A DNA stretch of 64,000 nucleotides from an uncultured Planctomycetaceae bacterium (GTDB lineage Bacteria; Planctomycetota; Planctomycetia; Planctomycetales; Planctomycetaceae), in assembly GCA_963813715.1 (NCBI GenBank), contig CAWFAK010000007.1, positions 64,001 through 128,000 on the forward strand, read 5' to 3'. Position 1 is the stretch's first letter; every line of letters starts with the position of its first letter. The position numbers and the translations under genes were made by a program. Below the pieces are notes generated by a model. The model did no database searches. It saw only the letters and a list, made by a program, of their open reading frames with translations, and was not told the DNA's origin. Shown piece by piece: positions 1 through 15,370 of the stretch.

Positions 1-1657
1 GAATCCGCAGCGATTGGACCTTGGCCTGCCGCTCGATGTCCTGCCCCTGCCGCCGGATGTAGCCCCAGTACTTGGTCTCGATCACGATCTGCTCGATGGC
101 CCTCGGCGACAGGCCTAGCTCGCCCGCCTCGGGAGCCAGAGACACCAGGTCGCCCCAGGTCGTTTCGGGCCGGCGAAGGTGCTCCTCGAGCGACTGCCCC
201 TGCCGCCGCGTGGTCTGGATAAACTGCACGCCGCGGGCAAACTCCGACTCATACGCGGTGAATTCGCGGTTTCGGCGCGCGTCGACAAGGCCCAGGCGGA
301 TGCCCAGGGGGGTCAGCCGGCGATCGGCGTTGTCGTGCCGCAGCAGCAGCCGGTACTCGGCCCGCGAGGTAAACATTCGGTAAGGTTCGTCAACCCCCTT
401 GGTTACCAGGTCATCCACGAGCACGCCCAGGTAAGCCTGGCTGCGGTCGAGCACGAAGGGCGGATGGCTCGCCACACAGAGGGCCGCGTTGACGCCGGCC
501 ACCAGCCCCTGCCCCGCCGCCTCCTCATATCCCGTGGTGCCGTTGATCTGCCCGGCGAAGAACAGCCCGGCCACGAGCTTCGTTTCCAGTGTCGGCCCGA
601 GCTGGACGGGCGGCGCGTAGTCGTATTCGACGGCGTAGCCGTAGCGGATGATCTCGGCCCGCTCGAGCCCGGCGATCGCATGGATCAATTCGTCCTGCAC
701 GTCGCGGGGCAAGCTCGTCGAGATGCCGTTGCAGTAAACCTCCCGCGTATTGCGGCCTTCCGGTTCGAGGAAGATCTGGTGCGACGCTTTGTCGGCAAAG
801 CGGACGACCTTGTCCTCGATCGACGGGCAATAGCGGGGACCGGTTGAGTGGATTTGACCGCTATACATGGGCGCCCGGTGCAAATTGGCCCGGATCAAGT
901 CGTGCACCGCGGCATTCGTCTGCGTGAGATAACAGGGAATCTGCGGCTGGGCGATCCGCTCGGTGAGAAAGGAAAAAGGCTGCGGAACCTCGTCGCCCGG
1001 CTGAATTTGCAGCGAGGCAAAGTCGATCGTCCGGCCGTTCAGCCGGCAGGGCGTTCCCGTTTTGAATCGCCGCAGCTCGAAACCAAGTTGGGTGAGGCTC
1101 TGCGACAGGGCGTTGGTCGTTCCCTCCCCGGCCCGTCCGCCGGCGGTTTTGGCTTCGCCCGTATGCATGAGCGCTTGCAGAAACGTGCCCGTCGTGATGA
1201 TGACGGCCCGCGCGCGATAGACGGCGTCGCCCCGGACTGCGCACGCCGGTGATCCGCCCCTCTTCCGTCACCAGCCCTTCGACCATCTCTTGCCGGACGC
1301 CGAGATTGGGCTGCTCCTCGACGCGGAGCTTCATGGCGAACTGGTAGGCTTTTTTGTCGGCCTGGGCGCGGGGGCTGTGCATCGCCGGCCCCTTGGTTCG
1401 GTTCAGCATGCGGAACTGGATGCCCGTTTCGTCGATCACGCGGCCCATCTCGCCGCCGAGCGCGTCGATCTCGCGGACGATCTGTCCCTTCGCCACGCCG
1501 CCGATGGCCGGGTTGCAGCTCATCTGGCCGATGGTGTCGAGGTTCATGGTTAAGAGCGCGGTCTTGCGCCGAGGCGCGCCGCCGCGAGCGCCGCTTCGCA
1601 GCCGGCATGACCGGCCCCGACGACGACGACATCGAAATCGTATTGCGACGCAACCAC
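1..1657 (-). CDS. mnmG: tRNA uridine-5-carboxymethylaminomethyl(34) synthesis enzyme MnmG (3' end outside window; split by frameshifts)
   Basis: N-term [23 protein letters not shown] (end of ORF 1550..2185), then [24 protein letters not shown] (ORF 861..1547); C-term [12 protein letters not shown] near position 60-80. Confidence 0.95.
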
Positions 1658-1841
1658 TCGCCAGTTCCCGGATTGAGACAAATCTGAATGCCGGTCCCGC
1701 CCGCTCGTTGACCCGTCTATCTTAGTGGCAGCCGCCCCTGACTTGCATCCCGATGCCAATCCGCAATACTGCTGGTCGGCGAACCGATCACGACAGACGA
1801 TTTTTTGACAGTCTGATTTCTTTGATACGGGAAGAGAGACC

Positions 1842-2354
1842 ATGACCACCCGCACCGACGCAGTCAAACTCCGGGGCAACCCGGTCACCTTAGTTGGCAA
1901 CGAACTGAAGTCCGGACAGACCGCGCCCGATTTCAAGCTGCAGGACACCGGAATGCAGGAAGTGTCGCTGGCGACCAGCAGCGGCAAGACGCGGATCATC
2001 GCGACGATTCCCTCGCTCGACACGCCCGTCTGCGCGATGGAGACCAAGAAGTTCAACGAGCAGGCCGGCCAGCTGTCCAACGTCGAAGTGCTGGTCGTGA
2101 GCATGGACCTGCCGTTCGGCCAGAAGCGGTGGTGCGGAGCCGAGAATGTCGCGAGCGTGAAAACGCTGAGCGCCCACCGGGCCACGCAGTTCGGCGAAGA
2201 CTACGGCGTGCTGATTCAGGGCGGCCCGCTCGACCGCTGCCTGGCCCGCGCGATCTTCGTCGTCGACGGCCAGGGAAAGCTGAAGTACGTGGAGTACGTG
2301 AAGGACATCAGCGAACACCCGAACTACGACGCCGTGTTGGCTGCCGCCAAGTAG
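1842..2354 (+). CDS. tpx: Thiol peroxidase (atypical 2-Cys peroxiredoxin)
   Basis: IPSLDTPVC, SMDLPFGQKRWC, LARAIFVVD, EHPNYDAVL motifs; intact 170 aa ORF. Confidence 0.95.
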   Translation: MTTRTDAVKLRGNPVTLVGNELKSGQTAPDFKLQDTGMQEVSLATSSGKTRIIATIPSLDTPVCAMETKKFNEQAGQLSNVEVLVVSMDLPFGQKRWCGAENVASVKTLSAHRATQFGEDYGVLIQGGPLDRCLARAIFVVDGQGKLKYVEYVKDISEHPNYDAVLAAAK

Positions 2355-2435
2355 AGGCGCCTTTCCGGGCCTGCGGTCGCGCGACTTGTTCGCCGCACGC
2401 TCGCACGCCTTCGGAGCGCCGCCAACTTCAAACTG

Positions 2436-2467
2436 GGCTCATTCGCTCGCGCGGATGAGCCTTTTTT
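2436..2467 (+). terminator. Intrinsic terminator after tpx
   Basis: GGCTCATTCGC / GCGGATGAGCC stem followed by TTTTTT. Confidence 0.7.
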
Positions 2468-2744
2468 CATGCGCCCCGGTTGCGCGGGCGGCGGCACGCT
2501 CGGCACATTCGACGCAAAGCGACCATGGGCGGCCGTTCCTGAGGCTTGTCCGTCACAATCGGAGCTTCACAATCGATTCTTAACCTGCGGTTTTTTTGAC
2601 GCGCGAACGGCTTGCCGTAGCCTTGAGCGTCCGCGGCAGGAGAATGCGCCCCGGGGCCGTTTTGAGGCCCCGGTGCCTCCCTCGATGCCGCGGAGCCAAG
2701 ACGGTCCGCCCCCTCGGCAGCTAGCCTCGAAGAAAACCGCAAAA

Positions 2745-5107
<2,363 letters not shown>

Positions 5108-5178
5108 CCGGCCCAAGCCTCTCGTTTGGCCCCGCAGGACCTGCATCTCTTTTGGCCCCGGTAGGGGCCGAAGCGGAT

Positions 5179-5934
5179 CTATTCGCTTCCGGCCGCGATC
5201 ACCTTCGCGAGATCCCGAAAAGTTCGCAGTTCGCCGAACTCGACGCTCGCGGGCTTATCCCACAGGGCCGAGACCCATATGAAGAGATAGGCAAAGAGTA
5301 AGAGGCTAATACCGACGCCCGTCATGAGAGGCGCGCCACCGATCATGCCGGTGATCATACCGATGCAGCCAGCCGCGCAGCACCACATTGCTGCAGTCGA
5401 CTGCGTTGAACGCTGAACGCAGACCGGTGGGAGCATGGCCGGCGCTAGCTTCGAGATCGGCCCCAGGAAAACGGAGGCATAGAGACGGGCGTATCGCGCA
5501 AGGGGCGAGGAGGGCGTGATCGCCTGCGTGTCCGCTCCCGCCTGATGTAAGAGCGACCGTATTGTCAGAAACGCCCCCGCCGATACCCCCTCGCAGCCAA
5601 GCACCGGGGCTGGTCGGACCCACGGCCTGCATGTGGACCGCGCGATCAGCTCGCACACGTCAGCCAGCGTCCGTTGCAGTTCGGGCTTCAGGACGCGCTT
5701 CCACTCGGACATGGGACAATCGATCTTCCACCCGGCATTAGTGGCCCGAGCAAGCCCTCGCCAATCCAACAGGTCGTCGGCGTCACGCCACGCGGCTACC
5801 GTGGTGCTGAACGACAACACGACCTCCGGATCGCCCTCGTGCATGGCGCAGATGTGCCGATGTTGGTCCTGAAAGACCGACAAAACATAGGCAGGAGTTG
5901 CCGGCTCTTCACGAGGCGGATAGTGGACCTCCAT
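5179..5934 (-). CDS. Hypothetical membrane protein
   Basis: Intact 251 aa ORF with two C-terminal hydrophobic segments, ending FGELRTFRDLAKVIA; no family recognised. Confidence 0.65.
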   Translation of the reverse strand: MEVHYPPREEPATPAYVLSVFQDQHRHICAMHEGDPEVVLSFSTTVAAWRDADDLLDWRGLARATNAGWKIDCPMSEWKRVLKPELQRTLADVCELIARSTCRPWVRPAPVLGCEGVSAGAFLTIRSLLHQAGADTQAITPSSPLARYARLYASVFLGPISKLAPAMLPPVCVQRSTQSTAAMWCCAAGCIGMITGMIGGAPLMTGVGISLLLFAYLFIWVSALWDKPASVEFGELRTFRDLAKVIAAGSE

Positions 5935-5956
5935 GACGAAGCCTTTCCCGGAAGAG

Positions 5957-5993
5957 CCCTCACCCTACCCTCTCCCATCGGAATGGGAGAGGG
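5957..5993. repeat. REP-like hairpin of CCCTCACCCT-CCCTCTCCC/GGGAGAGGG type
   Basis: ccctcaccctaccctctcccat-cgga-atgggagaggg, just downstream of the tricorn stop codon. Confidence 0.7.
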
Positions 5994-6012
5994 GCTTCAC
6001 GGATCTCAAACC

Positions 6013-9000
6013 TTACTTCCCTTCCGCCGGCTCCTTCATTCCCGCCTTGTAGTAATTCGGGAACTCGGGGCGATGCGGATGCACGACGGGGTGCTTGGCG
6101 AGCTCGCCCGTCACGATTTCGATCGCCTTGTCGAGCTGCGGGTCTTTCCCTTCGCGGACGAGCTTGGGATCGAACTCGACTTCGACGTCCGGCGCGACGC
6201 CCCGGTTTTCGACGTCCCATCGACCGTTCGGGAACCAGATGCCCCAGCGCGGAGCCGTGACGCTGCCGCCGTCCATCAACGGCGGATAGCCGCCGATGCC
6301 GACCAGGCCGCCCCACGTTCGTTTGCCGACGAGCGGTCCCAGCCCGGCCTGGCGGAAGGTGTAGGGCAGATAGTCACCGCCCGAGCCAGCCATTTCGTTG
6401 ATGAGCATGACCTTCGGGCCCGGGATCGCCGACCCCGGAAACTGCTGGTCGTGCCCCTCGCGCGTCGACGCATAGTTGCGGATCGGCTGCCGCAAGTAGT
6501 CGACGATGTGGTCGGCGAGCGAGCCGCCGCCGTTAAACCGCTCGTCAACGATCACCGCGTCGCGTCCGGCCTGGGCGAAGAAGTACCGATTGAAGCGGAT
6601 GTAGCCTTGCGCGCTCGTGTCGGGCACATAGACGTAGGCCACCTTGCCGTGGGTCGCCTTGTCGACGGCCTGACGATTGCCATCGACCCAAGCGAGGTTG
6701 CGGAGCATCCGCTCGCTTTCGATCGGCACCACAGTGATTTCGCGGCTGCCTTTGCCGTCCGGGTTCGGGCCGACCTTGAGAATCGTTTGCTTGCCCGCCG
6801 TCCCCTCGAAGAGCGAGTAAACCTCGGTGTCGCCCTTCAGATCCTGGCCGTTCACTTCGAGCAGGTACTCGCCCTCTTTGACGTTGGCGCCAGGCTGCGT
6901 CAGCGGGGCCCGCAGGCTCGGGTTCCAGCTTTCGCCCCGGTAAATCTTCACGATCCGGTGCCGGCCGTTTTCGACTTTGAAATCGGCCCCCAACAGTCCG
7001 CCCTTCCGCGGCTCGCGCTCGGGCACGTCGCCGCCGAACATGTAGACGTGCTGCAGGCTCAAGCCGGAGAGCAGTTCGTCGATGAGGTAGGTCAGGTCGT
7101 AGCGACTGCCGAGGCCGTCGAGATCGACCTGGTGTTTCTTCCACTCGCCGTTCAGGTCGTAGCCGTGGAAGTGAGGATCGTAGAGGAAGTCTCGCTCAAT
7201 CCGTTGCACTTCGCGGTAGATCTGCCGCCATTCGGCCTTCGGATCGACGAAGACCTCGAGATTATCCAGTTTGAGCGCACCGTCGCCGGGCTTGACCGGT
7301 CCAGCCGTGGCCGTGATGAACCAACCGGGTCCCTGGCGATAGAGCATCTTTTCGCCGTCGTGCGAGATGACAATGGTCTGCGCTCCTTCGAGAATCCGCT
7401 CGGCCTTGCGCTTGGAGAGATCGAATTTATAGACCGTCATCCCGCCCGGGCCGCCTTCGCCTGGGTCGCCACCGCCCACGTGCGGCTCGGACGTTTCCAC
7501 GACGAAGATCGTGCCCGCCTTGCCTTCGTGCAGCCCGCCATAGTGTCGCGCGGGGATCGGCAGCGCGAGCGTCCGCTGATCGATGTTCGCAAAATCGATC
7601 TTCACTTCGACCGCGTCTTTCGCACCGTCCTTCTTCTCCTTGCCGTCTTTGCCTTTTTCGTCCTTCCCCTTCTCTTCCTTCTTGTCGTCCTTCGGCTTGT
7701 CGGCGTCCTTCTTGTCTTTATCTTTCTCGTCGTCGCTCTCCGGAGCCAGCGGCGAGGGATCGTTCTTGTTCAGCACGACGAGGTAAACCGCGCGGGTCAC
7801 CGGCCGATTAATGACCGACATGCCCGAGCCGACCGCCGGGCCGATGTCGGTGCTCGCCGTGAAGTACAGGTACTTGCCCCCCTTGTCGAAGGCGGGCGTG
7901 TCGGCGTCGCTCATGCCGTCGGTGATCTGGTGCAACTTGCCGGTCTTCAGCGAGTAGACGAAGACCGCCCCCATAAACGACTTGAGTGGCCGCGAAAACG
8001 CGAACCACTGGCTATCCGGTGCCCAGGACACCGAGTTTGTCGGACCCTCGCCGTAATAGCCGGTATCGACCTTCTTCGACTTGCCGGTCTTCACGTCGAC
8101 GAGCCAGACATTGGCTTTCTTGTCGCTGCAGGTAATCCACTTCGAGTCGGGCGACCAACTGGGGTTGTAGAGGAACGTCTCGCTGTCGCCGACCTTCAGC
8201 ACCTTGGCTTTGCCCTTGCCGTCCTGGCGCGAATGTGCAACCGATACTCGCCCGATTCGTCCGAGAAATAGGCGATCGATTTGCCGTCCGGCGACCAGGC
8301 CGGATCGCGCTCGGCCGCACCGACCGTGTGGGTCAGGTTGCGAACGTCCCCCTTCTCGGCCGGCACGGTCAGAATCTCGCCGTGCGCCTCGAAGACGGCG
8401 CGGGCGCCGCTCGGCGACAGGTCGACCCCTTGAATCGCGTGGGCCGCCTTCACGAATTTGGGACGCACGCTCGGCAAGTCGGCGTTGACGTGGATCGGCA
8501 CCTGCTTCGACTTCTGCGTCTTCAGATCGAACAGGTTCACCGTGCCGAAGCGATCGAACACGATGGCGTCGGCACAGGCCGAGGCGGACTTGATGTCGCC
8601 TCCCGCGTCCTTCGGATCGAGCACGCGGCGGATGCCTTTGCCCGCCACGTCGCAGGCGAAAAGCGCCATCGGCCCCTCGCGGTCCGACAGGAAATAAATC
8701 GTGTCGCCGATCCACATCGGGTCGAAGTCGGTCGAATCCTTCCGCTCGACCTTGGTGATCGACGAGTCGGCCAGGTCGGCAATCCAAATCGGGCTGGCGC
8801 TGCCGCCCCGATAATGCTTCAGCGGCCGCATCGGGCCGGGGAACTGCGGCTTGTTCGAGTAAGGCACATAGACGATCCGCTTGCCGTCGGGCGAGAGCGA
8901 GCCGGCCTCGGCCATCGGCAGCGGCAACTCGGTCGCCGGTCCGCCCGTCGCCGGCACGGTGAAGAGCCGCAGGAAGCGGCCGTAGCTGTGGCGCGGCGAG

Positions 9001-9467
9001 CGGAAAATGATCTCCTTGCCATCGTTGGTCCAGCCGACGGGCACGTCCGGATCGGGATGATGCGTCACGCGAACGGGCACCCCGCCGGCCGCCGGGATCA
9101 CGTAGACGTCGAGGTTGCCTTCATATTCGCCGGCAAAGGCGATCGACTTGCCGTCCGGCGAGAAGACCGGATAGCTCTCGAGGCCGACGCCCGCGGTGAG
9201 CCGCCGCGCCTCGCCCCCTTCGCGGGGGACAATCCACAGGTCGCCCGCGTACGTGAAGGCGATCTGCGTCGCGCTGACGGCGGGCAGCTGCAGCAACAGG
9301 GGCGGATCTTTCGGAGCCGGCTTCGAGTCGTCCGCCGCGGCCGGCCGAACGGCCGTTCCCAGCGACGCCCCAGACAGTCCCAACAGTGCCAATCCCAACA
9401 GACTAAAAACGACAAACTGTCGCCCGAGACCGATTGAACGCCCGCGGAAGCCCATGCCAGTCACCAT
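6013..9467 (-). CDS. Tricorn-type S41 protease: signal peptide, PD40 propellers, PDZ, S41 (one frameshift near 8230)
   Basis: FTYAGDLWIV, PD40 repeats (PVFSPDGK, WSPDGK), GLLGADF PDZ, DERFNGGG, NEMAGSGGD catalytic Ser, GKRTWGG, VENRGVAPD. Confidence 0.93.
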
Positions 9468-9868
9468 TTCTCTGTATTCTCTCTGGGGCAAAATCAGGGA
9501 AGCAAAAAGGGCCGCGGGCGACGCGCCTAGCGGTCCATTTTTGACCAACTTTGCGGTAATTCTTCTGTGAGAAGCGTTTATTAAGCAGAAATCTCACACA
9601 TGGGGGTATCTGCGAAAGTTTTAGCATACCCGGCCCCCCGACCGGGGACAATAATCCGACCGACGATAGCGTCCGCAAAAGGAGCCGTCCCCGCGAGAAG
9701 ATCGTGGCGGCCAGATAATCCTGCGGCTACGCTGAGATCGAGCCCCGGGCGCACATCCCATCTACGTTGCGGATGCCCTCTCCGATGGCCTTTGCCCCCT
9801 CGTTTCCCGGTTCGTTCCCCGGTCGCCGCGACCGCAGCGGCCCGGTCGCTGAGTTCCCGGAGACGGCC

Positions 9869-11624
9869 GTGAGGAACTCCGCTCCCCTGCTCGCTCGGCT
9901 CGCGCTGGGCGTCGCGTGGGTCGGCACGTTGGCGAATTCGCCGGCACGCGGGCCTTCCCGCGGCGAAGCGGCCGATCGCCGCGCCGCGGGTCGTCCATCC
10001 CAATCTCGCACCGCACGCCTGGATCACCATCGGCAAAGAGACGACGTACGTCACCGGGCCCGTTTTGGAAGACGGGTACATCGACTATCTGGCCGCGCTC
10101 AACGCGGACGCCAGCGCCGGTGTGACGGCCGAGAACAATGCGGCCGCGCTGCTGGCGCAGGCGATCGATCCGGCGTCGATCGACGCGGGCCAGCGCGAAC
10201 GGTTTTACAAAGTCCTCGGCGTCGAGCCGCCCAAAAAGTCCGACGGGCTGTTCTCCGATTCGGCGGCCTTCCTCACCAACCAGGGTGACAAATTCGCCGA
10301 GACGATCGACACGCTCGTGCCCTGGTCGGCGGAAAAGTTTCCGCCTCGCGCCAGGTGGCTCGCGAGCCACGAGCGCGCTCTCGACCTCGCCGTCGAGGCG
10401 ACGCGGCGCTCACGTTGTTATTTCCCCATGATCCGCAAGCCCAACGCGGAAATGATTATGGCGGTGCTCTATGGGGTGCAGCCGTCGATGGAGATCGGCC
10501 GGGCGCTGGTCGCCCGCGCTGCTCCGGCTGCACGAAGGCCACATCGCGGACGCCATAAAAGACCTGCTCGCCTGCCACCGGCTCGCGCGGTTGATCGGCA
10601 GCGGGCCACTGTTGTTGCACGGCACCGTGTCCCGATCCATCGAGATCAAAGCGTGCTTCGCGGATGCGGCCCTCTTGCAAGACGACCAGCTGCCGGCGGC
10701 TGAAGCTTTGGCCTACCGCGACGAACTGGAAAAACTTGCCCCGCAGCCCAGCGTGGCCGATCAATTCGACCACGGCGAGCGGATCATGTTTCTCGGCTTC
10801 GCCAGCGAGCTGGCGCAAAAGCAGCAGCCCGAGTTGGAAGGCATGATGGTCGACCTGGGAGAGGCGCTGTCCCCGTTGGCAGACTCCGAGTTGATCGTCG
10901 ACATCTACGACATGCAGATGACCGTGGTCTGGAACAAAGGCATGCGCTCCGCCAACAAAGAGTGGGACCGCTGGCTGGCCGCCATCCGCACGCCGATCAC
11001 CGCGGGCCGTCAACTGCGCCTCGAGGCGCTCGAAGCGGAAGCCCGCCCCATCCTCAAACAAAAGCCCGAAGACGTCAGCGACAGCACGCTTGAGGAAAAG
11101 GGCCAATGGATGGGCCGGATGCTTGCCACGCGAATGATGCCGAACCTCAAGCCGGACGTCGTCGTCGAAGACCCGCGCGGATGCGGGTCGACCTGGTGCT
11201 GCTCGGCCTGGCCCTGGCCGCCTATCACGCCGACAACGGCGCCTATCCGGAGACGCTCGCCGCGCTTGTGCCCCGCTATTGCCGCGCGGTACCGGGCGAC
11301 CGTTTCACGACCAAGCCTCTCGTCTATCGACGCGAGGACAAAGGCTACGCGCTCTATCGCGCGGGGGACAACGGTCTCGACGACGGCGGCCGCGCCTCCA
11401 ACGCGCAGCCTCCCGGCGACGACATCGTGATCAGCATCACCGCTGAGTCCCAAACCCGCTTACCGCTCGTGGGCACGATCTCGCCGCGACAGGCAAAGGC
11501 AGCGCTCCTCGCAACGGGCCTCGCCCTCATGGCGACGCTCGCAGCAGTCGCCCTTGTCTTCCACCGGGCATCCCGGGCGCGGAAGGCGCGGCTGGCCGAC
11601 GCCCCAAAATTGCCGCTCGACTGA
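9869..11624 (+). CDS. Planctomycete-type exported hypothetical protein with pseudopilin-G-like C-terminal module (frameshifted)
   Basis: ITIGKETTYVTGPVLEDGYIDYLAALN; C-term LALAAYHADNGAYPETLAALVPRY...YRAGDNGLDDGG then a TM segment. Pieces in ORFs 9767, 10065, 10471 and 11106; start approximate. Confidence 0.65.
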
Positions 11625-11647
11625 GAGCGTGCACCACAGCCCGCCCT

Positions 11648-14600
11648 TTACGGCTGCCCCGCTCGGGTTTCTGCGATCGGTTTGGCTTGTCCGGCTGACG
11701 CGTCCCAAAGGCGGATCGTCCCGTCGTTGCCGGAACTGACGATTCGCCGCCCATCCGGACTCCAGGCGACGCTTTCGACCCCGGCCGTGTGGCCTTTTAG
11801 CGTGAGCGTCTCTTCTCCCGTCTCCACATCCCAAAGCTTGAGCGTGCTGTCCTCGCTTCCACTGAGGATCCGCTGTCCGTCGGGACTGAACGCCAGGCTT
11901 GTGACGGTAGCAGAGTGCCCCTCTAAGGTGTGCGCCGGCTGTCCTGTGAGGGCGTCCCAAACCACGAGCGTTTTTTCGTTCATCCGGCGACTCACGACGT
12001 ACTTTGCATTCGGGCTGAACGCGACCTCTAAGATCTCCTGGCCGAGCTTGAAGAGCCGCCATTTGGAATCGGTTGGGTCTTGGAATGTCACCAATTGTTT
12101 ACCGTTGGATGCGTCGTAGATCGTGATGCCGTCCAACGAGGTACCGCACACGATTTGTTTTCCGTCGCGCCGGTAGGCCAGGCAGTTGACGGTTTGCACG
12201 TTCTCAAACGACTGGACGACCTTGCCCGTCGCGGCCTCCCACATTCGAAGCGGGCTCTGGAAACATCCGCCGGCGATTTGCTTGCCGTCAGGGCTGAACG
12301 CCGCGTCACTAACCATCGCCCCTCCGGCTGCGAGCGTGAGGAGTTCGTTGCCACTCGACGCGTCCCACAGCTTTGCCCGATCGTGCAAGTTGAAGCTCTC
12401 CGTAAGAATGCGCTTGCCGTCAGGACTCCAAGCGACGCGGGCGGGACGATCGACACGGCCGTGAAGCGTCACTAACTCGCGGCCGTCGGCCGCATCCCAA
12501 ATCTTGATCGTCCCGTTCCAAGCGGCGCCGGCGATTCGCTGCCCGTCGGGACTGAAGGCGACACTCGTGACCCTTCCCAGGTGCTCGAGGAATCGGCCGG
12601 GCGACGCCTGGTCCGCGACAGCGGGCACCCAGACTTTGACCACCGCGTCGTTTGCTCCGCTCACGAGGCGCGTTCCGTCCGGGCTGAAGCCCACGCTGGT
12701 CACGATGTCTGTATGGCCCTTGAGAGCCAGCAATTCCCGACCATTTTGCGCATCCCACAATTTGACTGTGTGCGCTTGGTCCCCACTGACAACCTTCTTC
12801 CCATCCGGACTGAAAGCCACGCTGGCGATGATTCCCAGGCTACCGGGCGACGAGGCCTTCAGAGTCGGCTTGCCACTCGCAACGTCCCAGACCCTGACCG
12901 TGCCATCATGGCTGCTGCTCGCAACGCGATCCCCCTCGGGGCTGAAGGCGACACCCGAAACAAAACCGGAGTGCCCCTTGAGAGTCCGCACTTCTTGTCC
13001 ACTCGCAACGTCCCAGATTCGCACGGTCGAGTCCTCGGCCCCACTGGCGACCTGCGTCCCGTTTCGATTGAACACCGCACTGGTGACCGGGTTGGTATGG
13101 CCTTTGAGCGTCCGTAATGCCCGTCCGCTAACCGCGTCCCAGATTTTGAGAGTCTCGTCCCAACTGCCGCTGACAATCTGTTTTCCGTCCGGGCTGAAGG
13201 CTACGGTCGAAACCGCCCGAGCGTGGCCCGCCAGGCAAAGAACCTCACGGCCGCTCGACGCGTCCCACACAGTTGCGACGTTGCCCCAACTTCCGGCGAC
13301 AATGCGTTTTCCGTCCGGGCTGAAGGCTGCGCTGGTAATCGGACCATTTTGCCCGTCGAGAGTCTTGAGCAGGCGACCGCTGGTTGGCTCCCAGATTTTG
13401 ACGGTGCCGTCCGCGCTGCTACTGACGATGCGTCTCCCGTCGGGGCTAAACGACGTGCAGGTGATGGGTGCCTGATGACCTCTCAGTGTCCGCTGGTTCT
13501 GCGTGAACCGCGCCAGGAGGTAGCCGTATTCCCAACCTCGCAGATCCGTACGGCACTTATCCAGGTGCTGCCACGCCCCCTCGACGTCGTTGTTGTCCCA
13601 GTCGCGATGGGCTCCCGCAATCTGGACCGCGTAGACGCGATGCTCGGCCTGCCGTGAGAGTTCTTCCGCCCGGTTTCGCTCGGACACAGCCTCGGCGCGG
13701 CGCCGTTCCGCCTCGGCGGCGTTTGCATCGGCTCGCTGCTTTTCGGCCTCGGCCCCATTGCGCGCTTTCTCAGCCTGCTGGCGTCCTTGGTCCGCCCGGG
13801 CGGCATTGGCATCCGCCCGTCCCCTTTCCGCCTCGGCTCGCTTCCGCTGCTGGTCGGCAATCCCGCGCTCGGCTTGCGCGTTCTCGGTCTCGGCTTGTGC
13901 GCGCTGGGCGTTCTGGACCGCGAGCGCGGCGTTTTGATCCGACGTCTCTCGCATCGACTTTTCGCGGAACGCCATCCAAGTTCCGCCGATCGCGTCGCCA
14001 ATCAGGAGGACCGCGAACGCCGCCGAGGTCACGAGCGCCGCCCGATGGCGGCGCGCCAGCTTTCGCAGACGGTAGCCCGCGGAGGGCGGGCTGGCTTCCA
14101 CCGGTTCATCGTGCAGGTAGCGCTGCACGTCGGCCGCCAGGCCACTCGCCGATTCGTAGCGTCGCGTGCGGTCTTTCTCGAGGGCCTTCATCGTGATCCA
14201 GTCGAGGTCGCCGCGGAACATCTTCGAGAGCCGGGCCGGCTCGGTTCGGCGATGCTCCGCGATTGCCGGCAGCGAAGCCGTCGACTGGCTCAGCCGCGTG
14301 CTGGGCTTGGGCGGATCTTCCTCGCGGATCATGCGGATCAACTCGTCGTAGGCGGCTTGGGCCACCCGCTTCTTGTCGAACGGCGTGCTGCCAGTCAAAA
14401 GCTCGTACATCAGCACGCCGAGCGAATAGATGTCGGTCCGCGTATCGATATCGAGGCCGCTCATCTCCGCTTGTTCGGGGCTCATGTAGAGCGGCGTGCC
14501 GACCATCTGCGCGAAACGCGTGTAGATCGTTTTCTCGGTCAGCGACTGATGCAGGGCCTTGGCGACGCCGAAGTCGATCACCTTCACCAGCGGACGGCCG

Positions 14601-15163
14601 TCGTGCAGCGTGACCATCACGTTGGAGGGCTTGAGGTCGCGGTGGATGATGCCCTTCTGATGCGCGTGCTGCACGGCCTGGCAGACCACCACGAACAGCT
14701 CGAGCCGCTCGCGCGGGGTCAGCCGGTTCTTGTCGCAGTAATCGGTGATGGGAACGCCGCGGACCAGCTCCATCACGAAGTAGGGCCGGCCCGATTCAGT
14801 CGCGCCGGCGTCGAGCACGCGGGCGATGTTGGGATGGTCCATCATCGCCAGGGCCTGCCGCTCGGCCTCGAACCGCGCGATCACGTCGCGCGTGTCCATC
14901 CCGGGCTTGATGACCTTGACGGCCACCTTGCGGCGGACGGGAGCCAGCTGCTCGGCGACAAAGACGAGCCCGAACCCCCCTTCCCCGATCTGCTCCATCA
15001 ACTTGTAGGGGCCGATAACCGCGCCGACATAGGCGGAGGGAGCGTCGCCCACGATGGTCGACGGGGGTGGGTCCGGCAACCGCTGAGGGGCGCGCTCTGG
15101 CTCGTTCACAGCGGAGTTTCCCATGCTCCGCGCGGTGTGGAGCGGCGCAACGGCATGGCCCAT
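11648..15163 (-). CDS. Hanks-type Ser/Thr protein kinase with TM segment, coiled coil and WD40 repeats
   Basis: [34 protein letters not shown]; then many GH...FSPDG...WD repeats. Confidence 0.95.
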   Translation of the reverse strand: MGHAVAPLHTARSMGNSAVNEPERAPQRLPDPPPSTIVGDAPSAYVGAVIGPYKLMEQIGEGGFGLVFVAEQLAPVRRKVAVKVIKPGMDTRDVIARFEAERQALAMMDHPNIARVLDAGATESGRPYFVMELVRGVPITDYCDKNRLTPRERLELFVVVCQAVQHAHQKGIIHRDLKPSNVMVTLHDGRPLVKVIDFGVAKALHQSLTEKTIYTRFAQMVGTPLYMSPEQAEMSGLDIDTRTDIYSLGVLMYELLTGSTPFDKKRVAQAAYDELIRMIREEDPPKPSTRLSQSTASLPAIAEHRRTEPARLSKMFRGDLDWITMKALEKDRTRRYESASGLAADVQRYLHDEPVEASPPSAGYRLRKLARRHRAALVTSAAFAVLLIGDAIGGTWMAFREKSMRETSDQNAALAVQNAQRAQAETENAQAERGIADQQRKRAEAERGRADANAARADQGRQQAEKARNGAEAEKQRADANAAEAERRRAEAVSERNRAEELSRQAEHRVYAVQIAGAHRDWDNNDVEGAWQHLDKCRTDLRGWEYGYLLARFTQNQRTLRGHQAPITCTSFSPDGRRIVSSSADGTVKIWEPTSGRLLKTLDGQNGPITSAAFSPDGKRIVAGSWGNVATVWDASSGREVLCLAGHARAVSTVAFSPDGKQIVSGSWDETLKIWDAVSGRALRTLKGHTNPVTSAVFNRNGTQVASGAEDSTVRIWDVASGQEVRTLKGHSGFVSGVAFSPEGDRVASSSHDGTVRVWDVASGKPTLKASSPGSLGIIASVAFSPDGKKVVSGDQAHTVKLWDAQNGRELLALKGHTDIVTSVGFSPDGTRLVSGANDAVVKVWVPAVADQASPGRFLEHLGRVTSVAFSPDGQRIAGAAWNGTIKIWDAADGRELVTLHGRVDRPARVAWSPDGKRILTESFNLHDRAKLWDASSGNELLTLAAGGAMVSDAAFSPDGKQIAGGCFQSPLRMWEAATGKVVQSFENVQTVNCLAYRRDGKQIVCGTSLDGITIYDASNGKQLVTFQDPTDSKWRLFKLGQEILEVAFSPNAKYVVSRRMNEKTLVVWDALTGQPAHTLEGHSATVTSLAFSPDGQRILSGSEDSTLKLWDVETGEETLTLKGHTAGVESVAWSPDGRRIVSSGNDGTIRLWDASAGQAKPIAETRAGQP

Positions 15164-15370
15164 GGATGCGGCTCAATTAGCGTTCAAGCAAGGCGAGTGA
15201 CTCATTTCAACCGAACGGCGCACGGCGATCAAGTTGTTTGTGCCTGAGACGGCTGGGAGCCTCCTCGGTCGGACGGCGAGCTGCCACTGGCCAGGCGCGC
15301 GAGAACGAACCGCTAGCGACAGCCGTGCTGCGCAGGGATTTCGCTGTGGTCGGAACGCCTTCGGCCAGCC

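Noticed and set aside
7610..7740. K/D/E-rich repeat inside the tricorn gene
   Set aside because: Ordinary charged linker seen in bacterial tricorn homologs.
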